From contig CAYULX010000001.1 of the NCBI GenBank assembly GCA_964445535.1, positions 647-64,646 on the forward strand: a stretch of 64,000 bases of DNA. Reading direction: 5' to 3'. This document shows, piece after piece, positions 40,184-49,300 of the stretch. The notes under the pieces are model-generated. The model saw only the letters and a program-made list of their open reading frames with translations. It ran no database searches and had not been told where the DNA came from. The stretch is from an uncultured Eubacterium sp. GTDB taxonomy: Bacteria > Bacillota > Clostridia > Lachnospirales > Lachnospiraceae. The first letter of the stretch is position 1, and each line of letters begins with the position of its first letter. The translations under genes were made by a program, and so were the position numbers.

Positions 40184-40263
40184 GCGCCGGAATCTGCGGG
40201 CGAAGCAATGCAAAGAAGGCTTCCTTTTTTCCGTATATATGCCTGTATTCTTTTTGTGTTCGT

Positions 40264-41112
40264 TCAATATACAATCATAAATATCCCCAGCAGCAGCGCT
40301 GCTTTTATGGCCAGCAGGGGCAGCCACATTTTCCCGCTCCCTGGCAGTTTAACATTCTTCCGCGGGCAGCGTCTGGCACATTTCCCACAGGAGAAACATT
40401 CTCCACTAAGCGGGTTGTCGCCTTCTTCCAGGGAAGGGATATCCAGTCCTGCCGGGCAAGCCATTTTGCAGGCCTGACATCCGTGTATGCAATTTTCTCT
40501 GTCTCTCTTTACCACAGAAAACGGCAGCACCGGCATCAGGGAGAACACGGCTCCCATAGGGCAAAGGAAACGGCAAAAAAACCTCGGCTCCAGCGCCATT
40601 CCCACCGTAATCAGCAGAAAGACCAGAAGTCCTGCCACGCTGTCCGGCACCTGAAGACTGTGAAGTCTCGAGAAAGCAGTCACCGGGCTATGTAAAGATA
40701 CTATTTCGCTCATTCCGCGGATGCACAGAATCAGAACCGCCATCAGCACAATATATTTTACATATCGGCTGGTTCCTCCCCATTTTTCCAGAAGATGAAA
40801 GGGTCTTTTTTTCAGTTTTTTCCGGACTGCCGAGGACAGAAAATAGATAAAGTCCCCGTATGTTCCAAAAGCGCAGAAAAAGCCGCAGAAAACTCTTCCG
40901 AAACAGAAGGTGAACAGCAGCAAAATGACCAACGTCATGACGAAAGAATTCCATTCTAAAGATTCGCCTCCCGCAATCTGCTCCACCAGCATTTTTATTC
41001 CGGTGAAGGCCGTGGAAAACAACGCCGGGTATAACAAAAAAAATATCAGCCGGATTGCAACCTGCACTATGGTTTCTATTCTGTCATACAGACTCTTCTT
41101 TTTATTCGACAT
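40264..41112 (-). CDS. NapH/YccM-like 4Fe-4S-binding membrane protein
   Basis: GRVFCGFFCAFG, RFFCRFLCPMG, two CxxCxxCxxxCP motifs, multiple TM segments. Confidence 0.88.
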   Translation of the reverse strand: MSNKKKSLYDRIETIVQVAIRLIFFLLYPALFSTAFTGIKMLVEQIAGGESLEWNSFVMTLVILLLFTFCFGRVFCGFFCAFGTYGDFIYFLSSAVRKKLKKRPFHLLEKWGGTSRYVKYIVLMAVLILCIRGMSEIVSLHSPVTAFSRLHSLQVPDSVAGLLVFLLITVGMALEPRFFCRFLCPMGAVFSLMPVLPFSVVKRDRENCIHGCQACKMACPAGLDIPSLEEGDNPLSGECFSCGKCARRCPRKNVKLPGSGKMWLPLLAIKAALLLGIFMIVY

Positions 41113-41607
41113 TTATTCCGAAGCTCCTTTCAGGGCATCCGCCACAGCGTCACGGATTCCTGCAGAGGAATAAGTCGCTCCACTGACGGTATCCACCTCT
41201 GTAGTTTGCTGTTCCATGATCGTATCCACAATATCTTCGGCCATGGAAAGATAAGCTTCATCCTCCTGGTCAGCCGACACAATCTCGATGGATGTGATCT
41301 GCCCACCGGACACTTCCACCGCCACCTGAATCTCACCGCCGAAGCCTTGGGCGCTTCCCTGATAGGCGCCGTCGGCAAAAGCCATCGTTTCCGCCTGTTC
41401 TGAAACGCTGTCCGCAGTATTCCCCGAAGCTTCCTCCAGCGCCTGAGTCCATTCCTGCAACTGTCCTTCCAACTGATTGATTTTTGACTGCATCTCCGTC
41501 AGATTTTCCTGCTGTTTCCGGGCGTACAACACGGTCTGATAGGCTCCAAGAAGGCAGAGCACCAGCAGAAGATTCACTGCGCGGAGCAGAAAATTTTTAT
41601 TTTTCAT
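41113..41607 (-). CDS. Membrane-anchored FMN-binding domain protein
   Basis: N-terminal TM, GSAQGFGGEI, flavinylation motif VDTVSGATYSS; stop abuts the ATG of the next gene. Confidence 0.9.
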   Translation of the reverse strand: MKNKNFLLRAVNLLLVLCLLGAYQTVLYARKQQENLTEMQSKINQLEGQLQEWTQALEEASGNTADSVSEQAETMAFADGAYQGSAQGFGGEIQVAVEVSGGQITSIEIVSADQEDEAYLSMAEDIVDTIMEQQTTEVDTVSGATYSSAGIRDAVADALKGASE

Positions 41608-41749
41608 GTTTTGTCTCGCTTTCCCTGATTATTTCTTTGCTTTCTCTCCGAACCCTTGTGCCTGTCCGGTATAAGTCCATGTATATTAGTAGTCACTAAT
41701 CCCAGTTAGTATTCTATTATAGGGGACACTTTTTTGTCAAGATGCCAAT

Positions 41750-41764
41750 TGATAAAGATTGTCA
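41750..41764. promoter_or_regulatory. Possible Fur/PerR-type box upstream of the FMN-binding operon
   Basis: TGATAAA-G-ATTGTCA, 2 mismatches to TGATAAT-N-ATTATCA, 10 bp upstream of a minus-strand TTGACA at 41735-40; the region is AT-rich. Confidence 0.3.
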
Positions 41765-41883
41765 ACGATACTCTTTTGCATTACTTTTATTATTTTCATT
41801 AGTATAGTGCATTTTTTTGTTATGTAAAAAGCAATTATTTTCTTGTAATACAAAGTATACTACTTAATATTATTATTTTTTTT

Positions 41884-41925
41884 AAAAAAACAGCCCCTGA
41901 TTTCTAAAATCAAAGGCTGTTTTTT
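41884..41925. terminator. Intrinsic terminator after the lipoprotein gene
   Basis: AAAAAAACAGCC...GGCTGTTTTTT. Confidence 0.7.
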
Positions 41926-41968
41926 GAATTACAATTATAATAAGATTCGGGCAGAGCCGCTACAGTTC

Positions 41969-43063
41969 TTACTGATCGAAGGACCAGGTTCCGTCATCAT
42001 TTTGCACGCCGCCCAAAACATTTTCACCGTCTGTGGATACCAGAACGTCTGTGGAAGATACGCTGTCTCCTTCCACAGAGAAATCATAATACTCATAATC
42101 GCCAATGGTGACTATCTCTTTAAAACTGTACTCAGCGTCATCTCCGTAATACTCTTGTGCCAGCTCCAGTGCGTCATCTCGGGAAATTGCATCCTCATCC
42201 GTTTCGGTAGAAGATGAGGTTCCGTCTTCTTCCGTGGTTTCATCCGTCTCGTCCGTCTCATCTGATGTTGCCTCGTCTCCGGTGCTTTCTTCAAATTCTT
42301 CCGTATCTCTCTCTGAGAAATCTACCCCGCTGTCGCTGGCTTCTTCAAAGGCGGATACCGCATAATCAAATGCATTCTCTTCTCCTTCGTAGGAAGTCGG
42401 AACGATGGTAATCTCATAGGTACCGCAGACCTCATCACCAGAATCAGCATCACGCAATTCTGTTCTTAAAACATATTCGTCTCCCTCTGCCTGGCAATCT
42501 GTGATGTAAGCTTCCAGGGATCCGATACTGCCGGAAAGGAAACCGTAAGTTCCGTCTTCTTCATTATATACGGCATAGGTATCGTCTTCCGGCAGTTCCG
42601 GAAATTCCAGATACCCCTGAGCGTAGGCGTCATACAACGCGGAGGCATACATGTTCACCGTTTCTTCTTCCAGATACAGATAATCTTCATCGACATCCAC
42701 AGTGACATCTTTCACATAATCGTTCATGAGAGAAGTCAGCACCGCCATGGAGAACCAGAACGAATCCGCTTCGTCCTCTGTGGAATCCTCGCTGTAATAT
42801 GGCAGTTCTTTGGAATAAGATTCCACCATCAAAGCAGTCAGCGGATAAATCATGTCGCCAAAATCAGACGGCAGTGTGACATTCCCGTCCACATAGTCTT
42901 CTGAATCCGCATCCGTCTCTTCCGTGGTATCTGCCGTGGAAGCTTCCGTCGACTCCACATTATCCTGTTCATCGCTGTTCCGGCTGCCACAGCCCATAAG
43001 AGAAAATGCCATGGTTCCTGCCAGCATTACGGTTCCCAAGCGTTTCATTTTATTAAAATGCAT
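41969..43063 (-). CDS. Highly acidic hypothetical lipoprotein
   Basis: Lipobox FSLMG-C, D/E-rich sequence, small C-terminal PepSY-like segment (ISRDDALELA...). Confidence 0.8.
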   Translation of the reverse strand: MHFNKMKRLGTVMLAGTMAFSLMGCGSRNSDEQDNVESTEASTADTTEETDADSEDYVDGNVTLPSDFGDMIYPLTALMVESYSKELPYYSEDSTEDEADSFWFSMAVLTSLMNDYVKDVTVDVDEDYLYLEEETVNMYASALYDAYAQGYLEFPELPEDDTYAVYNEEDGTYGFLSGSIGSLEAYITDCQAEGDEYVLRTELRDADSGDEVCGTYEITIVPTSYEGEENAFDYAVSAFEEASDSGVDFSERDTEEFEESTGDEATSDETDETDETTEEDGTSSSTETDEDAISRDDALELAQEYYGDDAEYSFKEIVTIGDYEYYDFSVEGDSVSSTDVLVSTDGENVLGGVQNDDGTWSFDQ

Positions 43064-43241
43064 TTCAACCCCTTCTTTCCTGTAATGTTTTATTGTGGTT
43101 TAATAATAATAAATTCTGAAGAATCTAAACTAAATCTTAACCCATTATTACTGCAATGTAAATAACGTCTTTCTTACACTTTGATTAAAGAACCGTGAGA
43201 ATTTTTGATTAATGAACCATGAAAATTCCGCAAATTTTTCA

Positions 43242-44504
43242 TTATACACCGGAGCCATTATTGCTTATAACCGTAAATCCTTTCCGGACAAAAAATGCTT
43301 TAATTTCTTCCCGGCCCGCCTGTAAAGAACCTTGTGCAAAAAACGGTTTTCCGCCGCCTTTTCCCAAAAGCGCTGCGTTCATTTCTTTGACCAGTTCCCG
43401 GACATCACCGTCCCGCTGCCCGATGGCATATCTGGCTTTTGGATTACTTCCCGCGCCGGTCTGCGGCTCTTCCAAAGAGATTACCGCACAGACGCCGCCG
43501 CAGGTATCAAGGACTGTATCGGCCTCTTTACGGACATCGGAGGGGCTCAAATGGGCTTCCAGCAACAAAATATCTCCCCGGCCTTCACACTGTCCGGCCC
43601 GCATGGTAAACTGTTCCTGACGCAGTGCAGAAATCTGTCCTTTCAAAGCATAAATTTCATCCTGCAGGTGCCGGACGGCATCCAGCGTCCCGTCAGGTTT
43701 TACAGAAAGCGCCGCCGCAATCCGGCTGTTTTCCTCCCAATGCTGGCGGAGCAGCCGAAACGCCCTGTTTCCGGAGACCATCTCCACACGGACGCCCTCC
43801 CGGAAATGTTTCACAGACAGCAGCTTGACCAGTCCGATTTCACCGGAAGCTTCCACATGGAGACCACAGCAGGCGCAAAGGTCTCCGCCCGGGAATTCCA
43901 CAAGACGCACCTCACCGGTCAGCTCTTTTTTGCTCCGGTAAGGCAGCGCTTCCCTTTCCTCCTCATCAGGATAAAATACTCTGACGCGATGGTTGTCCCA
44001 AATATAGCGATTGACTTCTTTCTCCGCTTCAAGAAGCTGCGCCTCATCCAAAAGACCGTTAACGTCTATGGTAATCACATCTTCTCCCATATGAAAACCC
44101 ACATTATCGTAGCCATATTTCTTATGAACCCATCCGCTTACAATGTGTTCGCCGGAATGCTGCTGCATCAAATCAAAACGACGCGCCCAGTCAATGGAAC
44201 CATGAACCCGGACTCCGACAGGCAGCGGCTGTTCCACATAATGGCGAATCTCCTCTCCATTTTGTCCGGCATACTGCACATCCAAAACAGCAATTCCCCT
44301 GCTTTTCACAGCCGATTCCACCTCTCCGGCGGCTTCCGGACAAAACATTCCCTTATCCGCCGGCTGGCCGCCGCCTTCCGGATAGAATACAGTCTGATCT
44401 AAAATCACATAATATCCTTTTTCATCTTCTCCGCAAAAAAGAATCTCCGCATCAAACTCTCTCAAATATACATTTTCATAAAATAATCGTTTTGTTCCCA
44501 TCAT
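43242..44504 (-). CDS. AlaX-family alanyl-tRNA editing protein with DHHA1 domain
   Basis: LDQTVFYPEGGGQPAD, MQQHSGEH, CCGLHV, C-terminal GKGGGKPFFAQG. Confidence 0.88.
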   Translation of the reverse strand: MMGTKRLFYENVYLREFDAEILFCGEDEKGYYVILDQTVFYPEGGGQPADKGMFCPEAAGEVESAVKSRGIAVLDVQYAGQNGEEIRHYVEQPLPVGVRVHGSIDWARRFDLMQQHSGEHIVSGWVHKKYGYDNVGFHMGEDVITIDVNGLLDEAQLLEAEKEVNRYIWDNHRVRVFYPDEEEREALPYRSKKELTGEVRLVEFPGGDLCACCGLHVEASGEIGLVKLLSVKHFREGVRVEMVSGNRAFRLLRQHWEENSRIAAALSVKPDGTLDAVRHLQDEIYALKGQISALRQEQFTMRAGQCEGRGDILLLEAHLSPSDVRKEADTVLDTCGGVCAVISLEEPQTGAGSNPKARYAIGQRDGDVRELVKEMNAALLGKGGGKPFFAQGSLQAGREEIKAFFVRKGFTVISNNGSGV

Positions 44505-44507
44505 CTA

Positions 44508-45536
44508 TTATTCTTCATTCTGTTTTACATACAGGGTAATATCTGTCTCCGGATTCTGTACCTGCATCTGATACTCTGTGAATTCATTCTCACAGTCTTC
44601 GTCGGAGTAGACCGTATACCCGTCATGGCTCAGAACATTAAAATATACGCCCTGTGGGATGTCGAAGGTATAGGTTTCTTCATTATCTCCCTCATAGTCA
44701 TAGTACACGGTACATTCCCTGTCTGTGGCCTCATCTTTTATATTCTTGTAGAATTTCGGATTCTTATTCTCTCCGTCAAACTCCACCGTGTAGCTGTAAA
44801 ATTCTTCCTCATTACAAGTCTCCACAGCCGTCAGAACAATCATAGTATCTTTATCCACAGTCAGCGTCTGTACAATCTGATCCCCGGCGTTAAAACCGTA
44901 TCTTGACGCGTAGACGTCTCCCTCTGATACATCATAAGTTGTTTCAATCTTCAGGAAGTCTCCGCTTTCCTGCTCACTTGTGATTCTCACAGAGTCACTG
45001 GCCTGGAAAACTTCTCCCTCAATCTGGGAAACACAGACATTCTCATAATCGTCTCCTAACAGTCCATAATAATATACAAAATTACCGTCATAGCGGTACA
45101 CTTGCTGATTGCGGATTACCTCCCGATAATCTTCTTCCATGCCATCTGTTTTGTAATAAGAATAATAATCCCCCGCATTGGTTCGTCGCACAAACCGGGT
45201 CGTCTTATAATCGTCTTCGTTGGCCAGATGAGAATAATTCACCGTTATCAAAACATTTTCATGACCATCTAACAACGCTTCCATGGTGTTGGAGCTATTA
45301 ATCTCAGAAATGTAACTGGTCACTCTCTGATTACTCCAGAAAAAGAATCCGCATACGGCAAAAATAACCACTGCCGTCAACAAAAGGCTGATTCCAAGTA
45401 CTTTCCAGAACCATGGTCTCTCAGAACGCTTCTGAAGCATCGGTTCCAGATCATACCCCTGATAACGTTTCCCCTTTCTCCATTTTCCGCCGGACGGCGT
45501 CGGCTTATCTTCGATATCTACGATACTTTTGGACAT
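44508..45536 (-). CDS. Hypothetical single-pass membrane protein
   Basis: 342-aa ORF, one TM near the N-terminus, acidic Tyr-rich ectodomain. Confidence 0.7.
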   Translation of the reverse strand: MSKSIVDIEDKPTPSGGKWRKGKRYQGYDLEPMLQKRSERPWFWKVLGISLLLTAVVIFAVCGFFFWSNQRVTSYISEINSSNTMEALLDGHENVLITVNYSHLANEDDYKTTRFVRRTNAGDYYSYYKTDGMEEDYREVIRNQQVYRYDGNFVYYYGLLGDDYENVCVSQIEGEVFQASDSVRITSEQESGDFLKIETTYDVSEGDVYASRYGFNAGDQIVQTLTVDKDTMIVLTAVETCNEEEFYSYTVEFDGENKNPKFYKNIKDEATDRECTVYYDYEGDNEETYTFDIPQGVYFNVLSHDGYTVYSDEDCENEFTEYQMQVQNPETDITLYVKQNEE

Positions 45537-45625
45537 CTATCTTCTCCCTTCCACATTCCTCTGCCGGCATATTTTCTCACTCCAGGATGTCGGCATATTG
45601 ATTCGGCCAGTCCACAGCCGCCCGG

Positions 45626-46117
45626 TTACCGCTGCACATTTTTAGCAAGCATATATGTGATTGCACTGGTTTCATTGTGTTTCTTCTCTTCCTCCGTCAA
45701 AGGCCGGATAACTTTTGCCGGGGATCCAAATGCCATCATTCCATCCGGAATCTCCGTTCCCTGCGTCACAAGGCTACCTGCCCCGATGATACAATCCTCT
45801 CCAATCTTGGCGCCATCCATAACGATGGAACCCATGCCAATCACCGTATTATGACCGATGGTACATCCATGAATAATCGCATTATGACCGATGGTCACAC
45901 TGTTGCCGATGTGGCACGGACAATCCGTATCCACATGAATCACCACACCATCTTGCACGTTGGACCCACATCCAATGGTAATCGGCGCCATATCACCCCG
46001 AATTACCGCATTATACCATACAGAACTCTCATCACCGATCGTCACATTACCAATGACAACCGCACCTTCCGCCACCCAGGCGTTCCCCTGTATGTTCGCA
46101 TTTTTAATATATGCCAT
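45626..46117 (-). CDS. Gamma-carbonic anhydrase family (YrdA-like) protein
   Basis: Hexapeptide repeats, NVQDGVVIH, TIGHNAIIHGC. Confidence 0.92.
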   Translation of the reverse strand: MAYIKNANIQGNAWVAEGAVVIGNVTIGDESSVWYNAVIRGDMAPITIGCGSNVQDGVVIHVDTDCPCHIGNSVTIGHNAIIHGCTIGHNTVIGMGSIVMDGAKIGEDCIIGAGSLVTQGTEIPDGMMAFGSPAKVIRPLTEEEKKHNETSAITYMLAKNVQR

Positions 46118-46206
46118 CCTCTTTCCTTTCCGGGCACTTCATTTCTTCCGTCGCGTCCCCATTTCACACAAAGACACGACACGCCCAATTATATTTTTAT
46201 CCTTTC

Positions 46207-46266
46207 TGAAAATGCAATTCATCCGCAAAATCATTGCATTTTCAACCATGGTAACATCTTACCATG
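46207..46266. repeat. Two adjacent perfect inverted repeats between polC and the gamma-CA gene
   Basis: TGAAAATGCAAT-N14-ATTGCATTTTCA and CATGGTAA-N4-TTACCATG. Confidence 0.65.
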
Positions 46267-46329
46267 AATTGGCCTATCTGTCTAATCAGGATTTATAAAA
46301 GCTGCCACATAATTTTTCTACACAGACAA

Positions 46330-49300
46330 TTACACCGCCAGAAAGTCCGCCAGGGAAAGCTGGTCGCTTTCCGGCAATCCGGTCAGGATACCCAGCTCCA
46401 CCATTTTGTCCACGTTGGTTTTGCTGACTTTTGCCTGGTCGCGGAAGTTGTCCAGAGAGGTGAATGGACCGTGTTTTGCGGCTTCTTCCACCTGCTCGCA
46501 GGCTTTGTCGCCGAGGCCTTCGACGCTGGAGAGGGGCGGCATGATTTTACCGTCTATTATCTGACAGTCTCTGGCTTTGGCCATATAGATGTCGATAGGC
46601 ATGAACTCAAATCCTCTGGCGTACATTTCCTGGGCGATTCGTCCGTCCCGGATAGCGTCCTGGTCTTTTTTGGTCTGCTGCTCCTTCGGCATGGAGGTGA
46701 GTTCTTCCAGGTATTCTTCCAGGATTGCCCGGCCCCGGCACATGATTTCGTAGGAAAAGGCTGAGGCGCGGATGCTGAAATAGGCGGCATAGTAAGCCAG
46801 CGGCTTATGAACTTTGAACCAGGCCACCCGCCAGCCCATCATAACGTAGGCGGCAGCGTGGGCTTTCGGGAACATGTATTTAATCTTACGGCAGGAGCCG
46901 ATGTACCATTCCGGCACGCCGTGGGCAAGCATGGTTTCCACCCACTCGTCTTTGAGGCCTTTCCCTTTTCGGACGGATTCCATGATGGTGAAGGACTCTT
47001 CTTTGTCCAGTCCCATGTTAATGAGATAGGTCATGATATCGTCACGACAACAGATGGCTGTGGAAATCTCCGCCTGCCCGCTTTCGATGAGGGTCTGGGC
47101 GTTGCCAAGCCACACGTCCGTTCCGTGGGACAGACCGGAAATACGCACCAGGTCGGAGAAACACTGCGGGTTCGTGTCTTTCAACATCTGCATGACAAAG
47201 TCCGTGCCGAACTCCGGCACACCGAGGGAGCCCATCTCCACGCCGCCGATATCTTCCGGGGTGATTCCCAGAATCTCCGTACCATGAAACAGCTCCATGA
47301 CGTCCTCATCATCGAGAGGAATGGTTTTGGCGTCAATGCCGGTCAAATCCTCCAGCCGCCGGATCATGGTAGGATCATCGTGTCCAAGGATATCGAGCTT
47401 TAACAGGTTGTGGTCGATGGAATGGTACTCAAAATGAGTGGTGATGATATCCGTATTCACATCGTTGGCGGGATGCTGGATGGCGGTGAAATCATAGATT
47501 TCATGCTCATGAGGCACAACGATGATGCCGCCCGGATGCTGTCCGGTGGTTCTCTTTACGCCGGTGCAGCCCTCCGCCAGCCGTTCCATCTCACAACGCC
47601 GCTTGTAGATACCCCTCTCCTCAAAATATTTCATCACATAACCGTAAGCCGTTTTCTCCGCCAGGGTACCGATGGTTCCGGCACGGAAGGCGGAGTCCTC
47701 CCCGAAGATGACCTCCACATATTTGTGGGCTTTGGCCTGGTATTCGCCGGAGAAATTCAGGTCGATATCCGGCTCCTTGTTACCCTTAAATCCCAGGAAG
47801 GTCTCAAACGGAATATCGTGGCCCTCCTTCAACAGCTTCGTGCCGCAGACCGGGCAGTCCCGGTCGGGCATATCGCAACCAGACATACCTTTCATGGTGT
47901 ATGGCTTTACATACTCGGAATCAAAATCCACGAAATGGCATTTCGGGCAAATGTAATGGGCAGAAAGAGGGTTTACCTCCGTGATTCCCGACATGGTCGC
48001 TACAAAGGAGGAACCGACGGAACCACGGGAGCCGACCAGATAACCGTGGTCGTTGGAATCTTTTACCAGCTTCTGGGCGATGATATACATGACGGCAAAA
48101 CCGTTGGAGATGATGGAAGTAAGCTCCCTGTCCAGACGCTCTTTTACAATCTCCGGCAACTCCGGCCCGTATATTTCATGGGCTCTGTTGTAACAGATCT
48201 CCGCCAGATCTTTATCGGAATTGGGGATGACCGGAGGACATTTATCCGGATGCACCGGAGAAATTTTCTCAATCATATCCGCAACTTTGTTGGTGTTGGT
48301 TATGACAACCTCTTTCGCCTTCTGTTCTCCCAGATAGGAGAACTCATTAAGCATCTCCTCGGTGGTGCGGAAATAAAGAGGCGCCTGGTGGTCGGCGTCG
48401 GCAAATCCTTTTCCCGCCATGAGAATACGCCGGTACTGTTCGTCTTCGGGATTTAAGAAATGTACATCACAGGTGGCAACCACCGGCTTATGATACTGCT
48501 CTCCCAGTTTCACAATCTTTCTATTATAATTCTGCAAATCTTCGATGGTTTTGGCGTCATATTTATCGCTCTCCAGCATGAAAGCGTTGTTGCCGACAGG
48601 CTGAATCTCCAGATAGTCATAAAAATTGACGATTCTGGCGATTTCTTCCTCACTTTTGCCGCGGATGATGGCCTGGAACAGCTCTCCGGCCTCGCAGGCG
48701 GAGCCTAAAATCAGCCCCTCCCGGTATTTTTCAATGAGGCTTTTCGGCAGCCGCGGCCGCCGGTTAAAATAATCCAGATGGGAGGCAGATACCAGACGGT
48801 TCAGATTCACTCTACCCACGTTATTTTTCACGAGGATGATACCGTGATAAGTGGCCGCCTTTTTTATAAGATCCGCCGAGGCGCTTCCCATGCTGTTGAG
48901 TTCTTCTAGGGTATAAACATCCTGTTCTTTTAGCATTTCCACAAACCGCAGAAAAACTTCCGACGTCACCCGGGCGTCGTCCACCGCCCGATGATGGTGT
49001 TCCTGCTTGATTCCCAGATGTTTGCAGACCGTATTCAGTTTAAACCGGTTCAGGCCCGGCAGAAGCAGTCTCGCCATCTGGACGGTATCAAGCGCCGTAA
49101 ATTCATGGTCGTAGCCCAGCCGGTCGGCGTTTGCCTCAATGAAACTCACGTCGAACTCCGCGTTGTGCGCCACCAGAGAGCAACCCTCACAAAATGCCAG
49201 AAACTCCGGCAAGATCGTCTCGATATCTTCCGCTCCCGCCACCATGGCGTCGTCAATGCTGGTCAGCTCCGTAATTCGCAGAGGAATCGGCCGTTTCGGA

